Positions 57,462 through 64,000 of a DNA stretch of 64,000 nucleotides are shown piece by piece. The notes under the pieces are model-generated. The model was not told where the DNA came from. It made no database searches and was given only the letters and a program-made list of their open reading frames with translations. The stretch spans positions 273,715 to 337,714 of the forward strand of contig JAHJQN010000004.1 of the NCBI GenBank assembly GCA_018819225.1. Reading direction: 5' to 3'. Made by a program: the position numbers and the translations under genes. How positions within the stretch are numbered: position 1 is the first letter of the stretch; each line of letters opens with the position of its first letter. The DNA is from Candidatus Micrarchaeota archaeon. Lineage in GTDB: Archaea > Micrarchaeota > Micrarchaeia > Norongarragalinales > SBBD01.

Positions 57462-57621
57462 TTTATTTTACAAATTCATAACCTATTTGTATTTATTAGT
57501 ATATTTAAGCCTTTCGGTACCTCGTTTTAACTAATCAAAGGAAATAGGTAGAAGCGTACAGCCTATAGGGGAAGTCACCGTAGACGATTCTACAGCTGGG
57601 CACTTCCAGCCCAGGGCTGAG

Positions 57622-57766
57622 TGCAGGGAGAGGGATTTGAACCCTCGAAGCTTCTACAGCACAGGATTTCCTAAAACCCTTTCTTTTCTCGTCGAGGTCT
57701 TTTCTTTACAAAAAGAAAAGAGGTCGCTTAAGTCCCGCCCCTTTGACCGAACTTGGGTACCCCTGC
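57622..57766 (-). tRNA. tRNA-Leu(TAA) with ~59-nt canonical intron
   Basis: Minus-strand fold: GCAGGGG acceptor, D arm CCC-AAGTTCGGTCAAA-GGG, anticodon stem CGGGA/TCCTG with loop CTTAAG|intron|A, long variable arm GCT-GTAGA-AGC, T arm GAGGG-TTCAAAT-CCCTC, 3' TCCCTGC-A. The exons resemble archaeal tRNA-Leu. The intron forms a long perfect hairpin. Confidence 0.7.
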
Positions 57767-57848
57767 GTAAACCTTTTTTTAATGAAAGCTTAAAAGCGTC
57801 ATGGATACGCCTAGATGAATGAACTCATAGGCGTTAATGCGCCGCGGA

Positions 57849-58013
57849 TTACTTGCCTCCGCCCTTGGCTTCCTTTCGGCGCGCGCGCTTGGGTCGCAAA
57901 TGAGGATAATTGCACTTGCGGCACTTCACCGTCCCTTTCGGATTGCGCGTCTTGCATTTCAAGCAAACGACGACCGATAGAAACGCTTTGTCAGCTAAAG
58001 GAAACTTGCCCAT
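57849..58013 (-). CDS. rpl40e: 50S ribosomal protein L40e (54 aa; absent from the ORF track)
   Basis: Translation MGKFPLADKAFLSVVVCLKCKTRNPKGTVKCRKCNYPHLRPKRARRKEAKGGGK has the eL40 C4 zinc-ribbon pattern (C-x2-C...ARNP...C-RKCG...LRPK). Confidence 0.7.
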   Translation of the reverse strand: MGKFPLADKAFLSVVVCLKCKTRNPKGTVKCRKCNYPHLRPKRARRKEAKGGGK

Positions 58014-58134
58014 ACTGGTTCACGAAAACTTCTGTAAAAGAAGAGAATACTGGTATGGCTACCAACGTTTTTAAAGGCTATTTTGTCCTAAGAAAGAGGT
58101 AGCTGCTTCTTTACCCCGATGGTTGATTTGACAT

Positions 58135-58295
58135 GCCTCCGTAGCTCAGTAGTAGAGACGGAACCTTTTCTTTTTTAATAGAAAAGCTTCACCAAAAGAA
58201 GAAGCGAATAAAAGCGCCTCCGTAGCTCAGTAGTAGAGCGCGAACCTTTTCTTTAATAAAGAAAAGCTTCACCAAAAGAAAGCGCGTATTCCCAT
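58135..58295 (+). repeat. two tandem ~80-nt units, each = tRNA-Thr 5' half (positions 1-25) + promoter-like spacer, preceding the intact tRNA-Thr(GGT)
   Basis: GCCTCCGTAGCTCAGTAGTAGAG(A/C)(C)G at 58135 and 58216. Each is followed by GAACCTTTTCTTT(TT)AATA(A)AGAAAAGCTTCACCAAAAGAA, which is homologous to the region upstream of tRNA-Thr(TGT) at 13507-13545. Confidence 0.6.
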
Positions 58296-58367
58296 GCCTC
58301 CGTAGCTCAGTAGTAGAGCGCTTCCTTGGTAAGGAAGAGGTCGCGGGTGCGATTCCCGCCGGAGGCT
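58296..58367 (+). tRNA. tRNA-Thr(GGT), intronless
   Basis: GCCTCCG-TA-GCTC-AGTAGTA-GAGC-G-CTTCC-TTGGTAA-GGAAG-AGGTC-GCGGG-TGCGATT-CCCGC-CGGAGGC-T. Confidence 0.85.
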
Positions 58368-58380
58368 TGAATTCTTTTTT

Positions 58381-60468
58381 TTAATTTCGTATCTTCTTGT
58401 GAATGACGCGTTTACGTTTGTCGTGGAAGAACCAAGCACTCGCTACAGCCACTGAAAAGAGTAGAATAAGCCAGACGCTGTTAGAGAAAAGACCTCGTTC
58501 CTCTTGACGACGTCGATATTCTTGTTCAGCCGCAAGATACCCTGACTCTCCCCGCAAAACGGTTTGTTTCGGAATCCCCACCATCAATGGACTGCCACCA
58601 GGAGGCCAGCGAGTCGGAACCGGTGAAGGAGTGACCGTGGATTCGGGCTCGCCCATTCCAGAAGGAACGTACTCCAGATCATTCGTTATCAACAGCTTGT
58701 CTAATTGCATTCCATCCTCACGGTTGCGAACCGTCAACGTATGGAAACCAGCGGAAAGATCAAACGCAAGAGGATCCAAAGGAGGAGAACGGCTGTTCGC
58801 GACATCCCACCGCCACACGTTGCCGCCCGCCGTATCCCAAATATATTCTGCACCGCCATCCATGCGAATGAACACGCTGTCTGCTGCCGTGTGAGGAGAC
58901 AATTCACGACCCCAAACGCGATATTCTCCTGAAACGGGAACCTCGAAAGAATAGGTCAAGAGGTCGGCGTCGCCGCCTGCATTGAACGGAACGAGCACGA
59001 ATTCGCCATTGGAAGCGTCTTCATCCACATCAATGACCCACGCTCCGAGCAAGGACGAAAAGTGTTCGGCCTCCACCCAATAATAGGAGTATCCCGGAAC
59101 AGCCGTAGGAGAACATGAACCCAAACAACATACGCCGGACCCGCAATACCCTTCATCCTCCAAGAAACAATCATCGTAGAAACCGCAGTTGGCGCGACAC
59201 GACCCACCCAATGCTTCGCAAGGAACGGGTGTCGGCGTGCTCGTGCACGATCCGATACAGCAGATTCCAGTCGAACAATAACCCTCGGCATCCCAAACGC
59301 ATTCATTGAATTGACTACAATCCTCTAAACATTGTCCGCCCAAATCCTCCTCGCAATAAATATCCGAGCCGCCGCCTTCAAAAGTCAGCGTGGCCTGGAT
59401 GAGATTGAAGGAATCGAACGATCCTTGTCCGGAAAACACGAGCCAAACCGTTTCTCCATTCGCGCTGATCCACTTGCTCGGAAAATTGTAAAAGAATGAA
59501 GGCTCGTAATCCCAAGAATCAAAAATGGCTACGGTATACCAGGGCCCCCAAGGATTCGGTGCCTCAAAAATAGACATGCCGCTACCTGAAACCCCGCCGT
59601 TGTCTCCCACGTGGTGATCGCCGACCAATAAGTACCTCCCCGAAGGAGAATGATACGTGACAACCGGAGGTGCCCAACCCACATTCTCTTTAATGAAAAC
59701 GGGTTGTCGGAGAGTCAAGTCATTCGTCCATTGGTTTAAACCAGTCGAGAATTCATACTGATCCCGATCCCAAATGAAATCTTTAGGAACGCGCATTAAA
59801 TCCACTTCCCCGGGAACCTGAACCTTGAGACCGGTAGCATCCTTCAACCGCGTCGCGTACATATACACGAATCCATCCGGCGACGCCGCATCCTCCCCGT
59901 ACTGCGAGATGCTGGGTAAAATCAATTCGTTTTCTTCAGTGAACATCCAATTGTTTTGAAGTTCCCAAGTTGCCCCATGATCGTACGAACGCGCCAGCCT
60001 CGCATTATCGTAATTCATATTATTGGAACCCGGACTGACCCACATGTATAATACGCCATCAATGGAAACGATCCCGTAAGACTTGCCGGTAAACGTAGCG
60101 GGATTTTCTGCAGCACACGAAGCAGGAGGCGCATGTTCTGGATTTTCGCAACTGCCGTCCCCCAACGCATGGCACCCCCATAAATTGACGGGCACGAAAT
60201 CGACGGCATCCCCTTCAATGCGAGTTAAACCCAAACTAGCGCGACAAAGGGTATTGGATCCTTCAAAACCGCCTCCGTCACCCCAACTCGTGTATTGATG
60301 ACCGTCATCCGCCCAAGTCATCGGAAAATTATCGCTTCCTGAAGCGGCATTGAAATAGGTCGCAGGATTAAACGAGATGTCGGTAATGACGGTGCTTGAC
60401 GGATACGCCACGTTCAGCGAAAGAAAACATATGAAAAAAACAAGAAAGGTACGGAATGCCCCTCGCAT
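58381..60468 (-). CDS. large secreted/surface protein: N-terminal glycoside-hydrolase-like/beta-propeller-like region, two 8-Cys modules, shared ~150 aa domain, C-terminal TM anchor
   Basis: Signal peptide. Modules CEEDLGGQCLEDCSQFNECVWDAEGYCSTGICCIGSC and PCEALGGSCRANCGFYDDCFLEDEGYCGSGVCCLGSC. The domain YYWVEAEHFSS...LLITNDLEYVPSGMGEP is paralogous to 10580-13423. C-terminal TM. Confidence 0.7.
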   Translation of the reverse strand: MRGAFRTFLVFFICFLSLNVAYPSSTVITDISFNPATYFNAASGSDNFPMTWADDGHQYTSWGDGGGFEGSNTLCRASLGLTRIEGDAVDFVPVNLWGCHALGDGSCENPEHAPPASCAAENPATFTGKSYGIVSIDGVLYMWVSPGSNNMNYDNARLARSYDHGATWELQNNWMFTEENELILPSISQYGEDAASPDGFVYMYATRLKDATGLKVQVPGEVDLMRVPKDFIWDRDQYEFSTGLNQWTNDLTLRQPVFIKENVGWAPPVVTYHSPSGRYLLVGDHHVGDNGGVSGSGMSIFEAPNPWGPWYTVAIFDSWDYEPSFFYNFPSKWISANGETVWLVFSGQGSFDSFNLIQATLTFEGGGSDIYCEEDLGGQCLEDCSQFNECVWDAEGYCSTGICCIGSCTSTPTPVPCEALGGSCRANCGFYDDCFLEDEGYCGSGVCCLGSCSPTAVPGYSYYWVEAEHFSSLLGAWVIDVDEDASNGEFVLVPFNAGGDADLLTYSFEVPVSGEYRVWGRELSPHTAADSVFIRMDGGAEYIWDTAGGNVWRWDVANSRSPPLDPLAFDLSAGFHTLTVRNREDGMQLDKLLITNDLEYVPSGMGEPESTVTPSPVPTRWPPGGSPLMVGIPKQTVLRGESGYLAAEQEYRRRQEERGLFSNSVWLILLFSVAVASAWFFHDKRKRVIHKKIRN

Positions 60469-60510
60469 GGAACCACCTATTTCTTACTAGTCTTCCTCGG
60501 TTTTAATAAG

Positions 60511-60556
60511 TGCGGGCTTTGCACCTTTTGGGCGAGCCACGCCGGAGGCTTACGGA
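60511..60556. repeat. direct repeat A containing a tRNA-Thr 3'-end-like core (CGCCGGAGGCTTACGGAAA)
   Basis: GTGCGGGCTTTGCACCTTTTGGGCGAGCCACGCCGGAGGCTTACGG; 42 of 46 nt identical to repeat B. The core matches the tRNA-Thr(TGT) 3' end + flank (CGCCGGAGGCTTCCGGAAA). Confidence 0.55.
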
Positions 60557-60580
60557 AAAGCATGACAAAAAGGCGATCGA

Positions 60581-60823
60581 TTAGGAATAAATATTCTGAC
60601 GGTGCCCCGCGTCATGCAAGCGAACGGCGTTCTTGCTTAAAGAGTAAATGATCCGGTAGTCGCCGACCCGCAAGCTAAAGAAATTCGACAGGCGCCCGTG
60701 AAGCCGTTTGCCCGCGCGAGGAAATTGGCCAAGAAGCGTAACTTCACGGAGCAGCCGCACCCGAATATTGCGAGGCAACTTGCGGAAAGACTTTTGGAAG
60801 TGATTGGAATAAAGCACTTCCAT
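60581..60823 (-). CDS. relE: type II toxin RelE/ParE family
   Basis: 80 aa. LGQFPRAGKRLHGRLSNFFSLRVGDYRIIYSL...HRQNIY is a classic RelE/ParE signature (G..L.G.....LRvGdYRiiY...HR...Y). Confidence 0.8.
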   Translation of the reverse strand: MEVLYSNHFQKSFRKLPRNIRVRLLREVTLLGQFPRAGKRLHGRLSNFFSLRVGDYRIIYSLSKNAVRLHDAGHRQNIYS

Positions 60824-60828
60824 GCGAA

Positions 60829-61023
60829 TTACACCTTCAGATTAACAATGGAATGAAATCGGCCATCCGAAAAATCCTTCTCAGATGAACGAATTCCTTT
60901 TAGTAGTTTCTTGTCTGCGAGGACTTCCAGCGTTTCCTGCAAAGATTCGAAAGCATCCCTGGCTTCTTCAAAGCTCTTCTTCGCTGCGTTCAATTCCTTC
61001 CGAATAGATGAACCGACGTACAT
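60829..61023 (-). CDS. putative cognate antitoxin (RelB/Phd-like)
   Basis: 64 aa, located 5 nt upstream of relE. The C-terminus ETLEVLADKKLLKGIRSSEKDFSDGRFHS resembles antitoxin C-termini. Confidence 0.5.
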   Translation of the reverse strand: MYVGSSIRKELNAAKKSFEEARDAFESLQETLEVLADKKLLKGIRSSEKDFSDGRFHSIVNLKV

Positions 61024-61101
61024 TCTAAGTCCCTTACAACAGCAGTAAAACGAGCTTTATAATACTTGCTAGACACGAGCGCCATTGGATTTGTCTCGAG
61101 G

Positions 61102-61147
61102 TACGGGCTTTGCACCTTTTGGCCGAGTCCCTCCGGAGGCTTCCGGA
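61102..61147. repeat. direct repeat B containing a tRNA-Thr 3'-end-like core (CTCCGGAGGCTTCCGGA)
   Basis: GTACGGGCTTTGCACCTTTTGGCCGAGTCCCTCCGGAGGCTTCCGG. Confidence 0.55.
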
Positions 61148-61223
61148 TTTTTAGATTTCAACGGCAGCATACCCTTCCGAAAGGAATATATATGGACTTA
61201 GTTCATATTGATATGGTGATAAC

Positions 61224-61454
61224 ATGGTGCATGCATTAGTCAATATTTCGGAAGAAGCAAACCGCGTGTTGAACGTGATTAAAGCGAAAAAGAATTTGCG
61301 AACCAAATCAGAGGCGATTGAGGAGATGGCGCGAGAGTACGAGCAAGAACTCTTGGAACCCGAACTTCGACCGGAATACGTGGAACGCATTCGGAAAATC
61401 GGCAAGCAAAAAACGATTACAGTGAAGGACTTCGAAAAAGAGTTTCTGAGCTGA
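61224..61454 (+). CDS. putative antitoxin
   Basis: 76 aa, 7 nt upstream of a RelE-like ORF. Confidence 0.4.
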   Translation: MVHALVNISEEANRVLNVIKAKKNLRTKSEAIEEMAREYEQELLEPELRPEYVERIRKIGKQKTITVKDFEKEFLS

Positions 61455-61461
61455 TGGCGGC

Positions 61462-61728
61462 ATGTATGGTCTCGAAGTGTCTCCGGAAGCGTATGCCCGG
61501 TTCAAAAAGATGCGAAAAAAGAACCGCTGGCTACTCGAAGTCATTGGCAAGAAGGTCCGGCATATACGCGAGCGCCCCCATCATTTCAAACCGCTTCATT
61601 TCCCCCTTCATAACAAACGACGGGTCCATATTGCGGGATCGTTTGTACTCGTCTATGAAATCAGGGAAAAAGACAAAACCGTTGTCATCATAGACTTCGA
61701 CCACCACGATAACGTTTACATGAAATGA
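61462..61728 (+). CDS. type II toxin RelE/ParE family
   Basis: 88 aa. RPHHFKPLHFPLHNKRRVHIAGSFVLVYEIREKDKTVVIIDFDHHDNVY fits the RelE pattern. Confidence 0.65.
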   Translation: MYGLEVSPEAYARFKKMRKKNRWLLEVIGKKVRHIRERPHHFKPLHFPLHNKRRVHIAGSFVLVYEIREKDKTVVIIDFDHHDNVYMK

Positions 61729-61775
61729 CGGAATCGGTTTAAGCGAACGAATGGATGGGGGTATATCGTTTGAAT

Positions 61776-61794
61776 GAGTCCGGCCGGAGGCTCT
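61776..61794. repeat. direct repeat C (GAGTCCGGCCGGAGGCTCT), partial tRNA-Thr 3'-end-like core
   Basis: Shares GAGTCC..CCGGAGGCT with repeat B. Confidence 0.4.
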
Positions 61795-61848
61795 GAACGT
61801 TCCGCATTTTTTTTATTCTTGGTTCAATGGGGATTGCGAAAACCGCGG

Positions 61849-62913
61849 TCATACCCACTTTTGTTTCCGGAAATAAAACAGCATGACGAATGATATCGCG
61901 ATCATGAACATCCAGAGAATCGGATAGGCTAACGGCCAATCCAACTCGGGCATGAAACGAAAATTCATGCCGTACACTCCGACAATGAACGTCAGCGGAA
62001 TAAAGAGAGTGGCAATAACGGTTAAGGTCTTCATGACCTCGTTCATCCGATTGCTGATGCTGGACATGTAGAGGTCCATCATCCCGGATAAAAGATCGCG
62101 GTACGAATCGATGGAATCAATGGCGTGGATGATGTGGTCGTAAACGTCCCGCAAGAACACGGCGGTCTGGTTCTTGATCAGCTTCGATTCGTTCCGCTGG
62201 AGTCCGCTGATGACTTCCCTCAATGGCCACACGCCCTTCCGCAAGAACACCAAATCCGTTTTCATGGCGTGAATGGAATGCAGCGTGGACTGGGACGGGT
62301 TCGCCACCAGTTCTCCCTCCAATTGCTCTATGCGTTCCCCCAATTCCTCCAGAATGACAAAATAATGGTCGACGACGGAATCGATCAACGTATAAAAAAG
62401 GTAATCGGCGCCCATCCTCCGAATCCGTCCTTTTCCCTTGCGAAGACGTTCGCGAAGCGGATCAAAAACGTCTCCGGGTTTTTCCTGAAAAGAAATCACG
62501 TACTGCTTTCCAAGAATCACGCTGACTTGTTCGGACTCCACCCTCTTTTTTTCCCGATCAAAATAGAGCATTTTCATGACTAAAAAAAGGTGGTCCCCGA
62601 AATCCTCGAGCTTGGGGCGTTGATCAGTATGGACGATATCCTCGATGAGCATCGGATGAAAACCCAAACGATCTCCCAGTTTCTGGATCCCTTGCGAATC
62701 GTGCACGCCGTCCACGTTAATCCACGTAATCGAGGGCGCGTCTTTGATCGGAAAACACGCATCAAACGAGTCCGGTTTAAGTTCTTTCACGTCATCCGAA
62801 GTAAAATTAAAAAGCGTGATTTCCACGCGATCCGTTTTCTTTTCGCCCACGAATACTGCCGTACCCGGACTCAACCCCGCTTTCTTTGAAGCCCTTTTGA
62901 AATACCGCGACAT
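61849..62913 (-). CDS. corA: CorA magnesium/cobalt transporter
   Basis: C-terminal YGMNF (GMN motif) followed by two TM helices; cytoplasmic N-domain; 354 aa. Confidence 0.85.
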   Translation of the reverse strand: MSRYFKRASKKAGLSPGTAVFVGEKKTDRVEITLFNFTSDDVKELKPDSFDACFPIKDAPSITWINVDGVHDSQGIQKLGDRLGFHPMLIEDIVHTDQRPKLEDFGDHLFLVMKMLYFDREKKRVESEQVSVILGKQYVISFQEKPGDVFDPLRERLRKGKGRIRRMGADYLFYTLIDSVVDHYFVILEELGERIEQLEGELVANPSQSTLHSIHAMKTDLVFLRKGVWPLREVISGLQRNESKLIKNQTAVFLRDVYDHIIHAIDSIDSYRDLLSGMMDLYMSSISNRMNEVMKTLTVIATLFIPLTFIVGVYGMNFRFMPELDWPLAYPILWMFMIAISFVMLFYFRKQKWV

Positions 62914-63353
62914 CTCCCACTACCCCGTTAAAGAAGATGGCTAAACCCATTAAAAACCCCTCTTGACTGAAGCTAATCATTCCCGAACGGGAATAAGAAC
63001 TTGTTCAACATTAAGTTAAATAATTGGATCGAACTCAATGGCGTCATGGCCAAGAAAAACCTGAAGGAAAGGATTTCCCATCCAAAATTTCCGACGCTCG
63101 AACAACGAAAGCGATTCGCCTCGGGGGACATTCACGCTATGGGAATCAGAAAAATACGGTACGGGGTTCTTCCACCGAGATTAAGGGAAAGGGTGAATGA
63201 GCACCTCATCGAAACCCGACTCACGTGAATAGCTTCGGATGCTCCAGCCGACAAGAGACAAGAAGAGTAAGAGGCGCACGAAACCCTCTAGAGCGGAATC
63301 AACCCAAGTCTTAAAAGCGCTCAGGAATAGAAGGTTTTGAAAGAGGGGTCGTC

Positions 63354-64000
63354 ATGGAATTCAAGGGAAAAAAAGCATTGATTACCGGAAGCGCCGTGCG
63401 ATTCGGAAGACATGTGGCGCTCGAGCTCGCGAAACAAGGTGCGGACGTCGCCATCCACTACCGAGACAGTGAAAAGGAAGCGGAAAAAGTCGTTAATGGA
63501 ATCAAGGAAATGGGGAGGAAAAGCCAGGCGTTTCCCGCGGAGTTGACAGACGCAAAGCAAGCCGTGAAAATGGTGCGGGATGCCTCCGAGTTTTTGCACG
63601 GACTCGACATTCTTGTGAACAACGCCTCCTCGGTATACGTACATAAACACGTGACGGAAGTGCAACCGGATGAATGGAAGCGCGTGCTCGACACGGATTT
63701 GAACGGGGCGTTTTACTGCACGCATGCCGTGCTCCCCATCATGCACATGCAAAAATACGGGCGCATCATCAACATGGGAGCCGTCGGTTGCGGAATCATT
63801 CAAGCCAAACCCCTCACCACAGCATATTCCGCAGCGAAAACCGGTTTATTGATTCTAACAAAAAGCGTGGCTGCATCAGAAGTGCAAAACGGGATTACCT
63901 GCAACATGGTATCTCCCGGCATCATGGAAATCAGCGAAGAAAAACGAAACGTTCCATTGAAACGATACGCGAAATACGATGAAGTGTTGCGAGCGGTCTT
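63354..64000 (+). CDS. short-chain dehydrogenase/reductase (SDR), 3' partial (runs off window)
   Basis: Own translation from ATG 63354: MEFKGKKALITGSAVRFGRHVALELAKQGADV...LVNNAS...YSAAK (TGxxxG-like motif, NNAS, catalytic YxxxK). Not in the ORF track because it has no stop in the window. Confidence 0.65.
   Translation, partial: MEFKGKKALITGSAVRFGRHVALELAKQGADVAIHYRDSEKEAEKVVNGIKEMGRKSQAFPAELTDAKQAVKMVRDASEFLHGLDILVNNASSVYVHKHVTEVQPDEWKRVLDTDLNGAFYCTHAVLPIMHMQKYGRIINMGAVGCGIIQAKPLTTAYSAAKTGLLILTKSVAASEVQNGITCNMVSPGIMEISEEKRNVPLKRYAKYDEVLRAV

Larger units (their letters stand above)
54917..57770 (-). mobile_element. tandem array of integrated mini-cassettes at the 3' end of tRNA-Leu(TAA), delimited by four direct repeats of the tRNA 3' end
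   Basis: Repeats sharing CCCCTGCACT(CAG): 54919-54931, 55671-55688, 56774-56799 and the genuine tRNA 3' end at 57605-57632. The three intervening cassettes of 0.75-1.1 kb carry a wHTH + RelE-like pair, a Fic protein, and an inverted wHTH + RelE-like pair. No integrase in the window. Confidence 0.5.

Noticed and set aside
57815-58102. 95 aa plus-strand ORF
   Set aside because: It is antisense to the eL40 gene, whose translation is clearly conserved.
58135-58367. Possible CRISPR array (regular ~80-nt periodic repeats)
   Set aside because: The repeat unit is the 5' half of tRNA-Thr plus a promoter-like sequence. The 'spacers' are near-identical to each other, and the third repeat is a complete tRNA. 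No cas genes. Not CRISPR.
63321-63803. 160 aa minus-strand ORF
   Set aside because: It is antisense to the plus-strand SDR gene, whose translation shows NNAS and YxxxK motifs.

Overview
This is a 64 kb archaeal chromosomal segment at about 50% GC, with genes on both strands. Archaeal identity follows from the gene content: topoisomerase VI A and B subunits, initiation factors aIF-1A and aIF-2 beta, Elongator ELP3, ribosomal proteins eS19 and eL40, RNase P subunit Rpp21, a three-unit tRNA-splicing endonuclease, and pilins with class III (QxSxE-like) signal peptides. Housekeeping genes include purD, purH, glnA, hisS, an NrdR-regulated class II (B12-dependent) ribonucleotide reductase, truD, msrB, an Lhr helicase, a single-domain KaiC/RecA ATPase, corA and a phosphohexomutase. 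I hand-folded six tRNA genes, and five of them carry introns. tRNA-His has two introns, one at the non-canonical 53/54 position, and tRNA-Lys has a T-loop intron. This fits the 387 aa three-unit EndA and suggests a DPANN-like or ARMAN-like lineage; that lineage call is inference. The most unusual structures are two tRNA-anchored arrays of short direct repeats that copy the tRNA 3' end. One lies at tRNA-Leu(TAA) (about 54.9-57.8 kb) and one at tRNA-Thr(GGT) (about 58.1-61.8 kb). Each repeat delimits a roughly 1 kb cassette carrying a toxin-antitoxin-like pair (RelE/ParE-like) or a Fic-domain protein. No integrase is visible in the window. The tRNA-Thr(GGT) gene is also preceded by two tandem copies of its own promoter plus 5' half. 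Both tRNA-Thr loci are flanked by paralogous giant surface proteins that share a novel 8-Cys module and a roughly 150 aa domain. I also report a candidate SRP (7S) RNA and an unannotated eL40 gene. All calls rest on reading the sequence and translations by eye; no searches were run.
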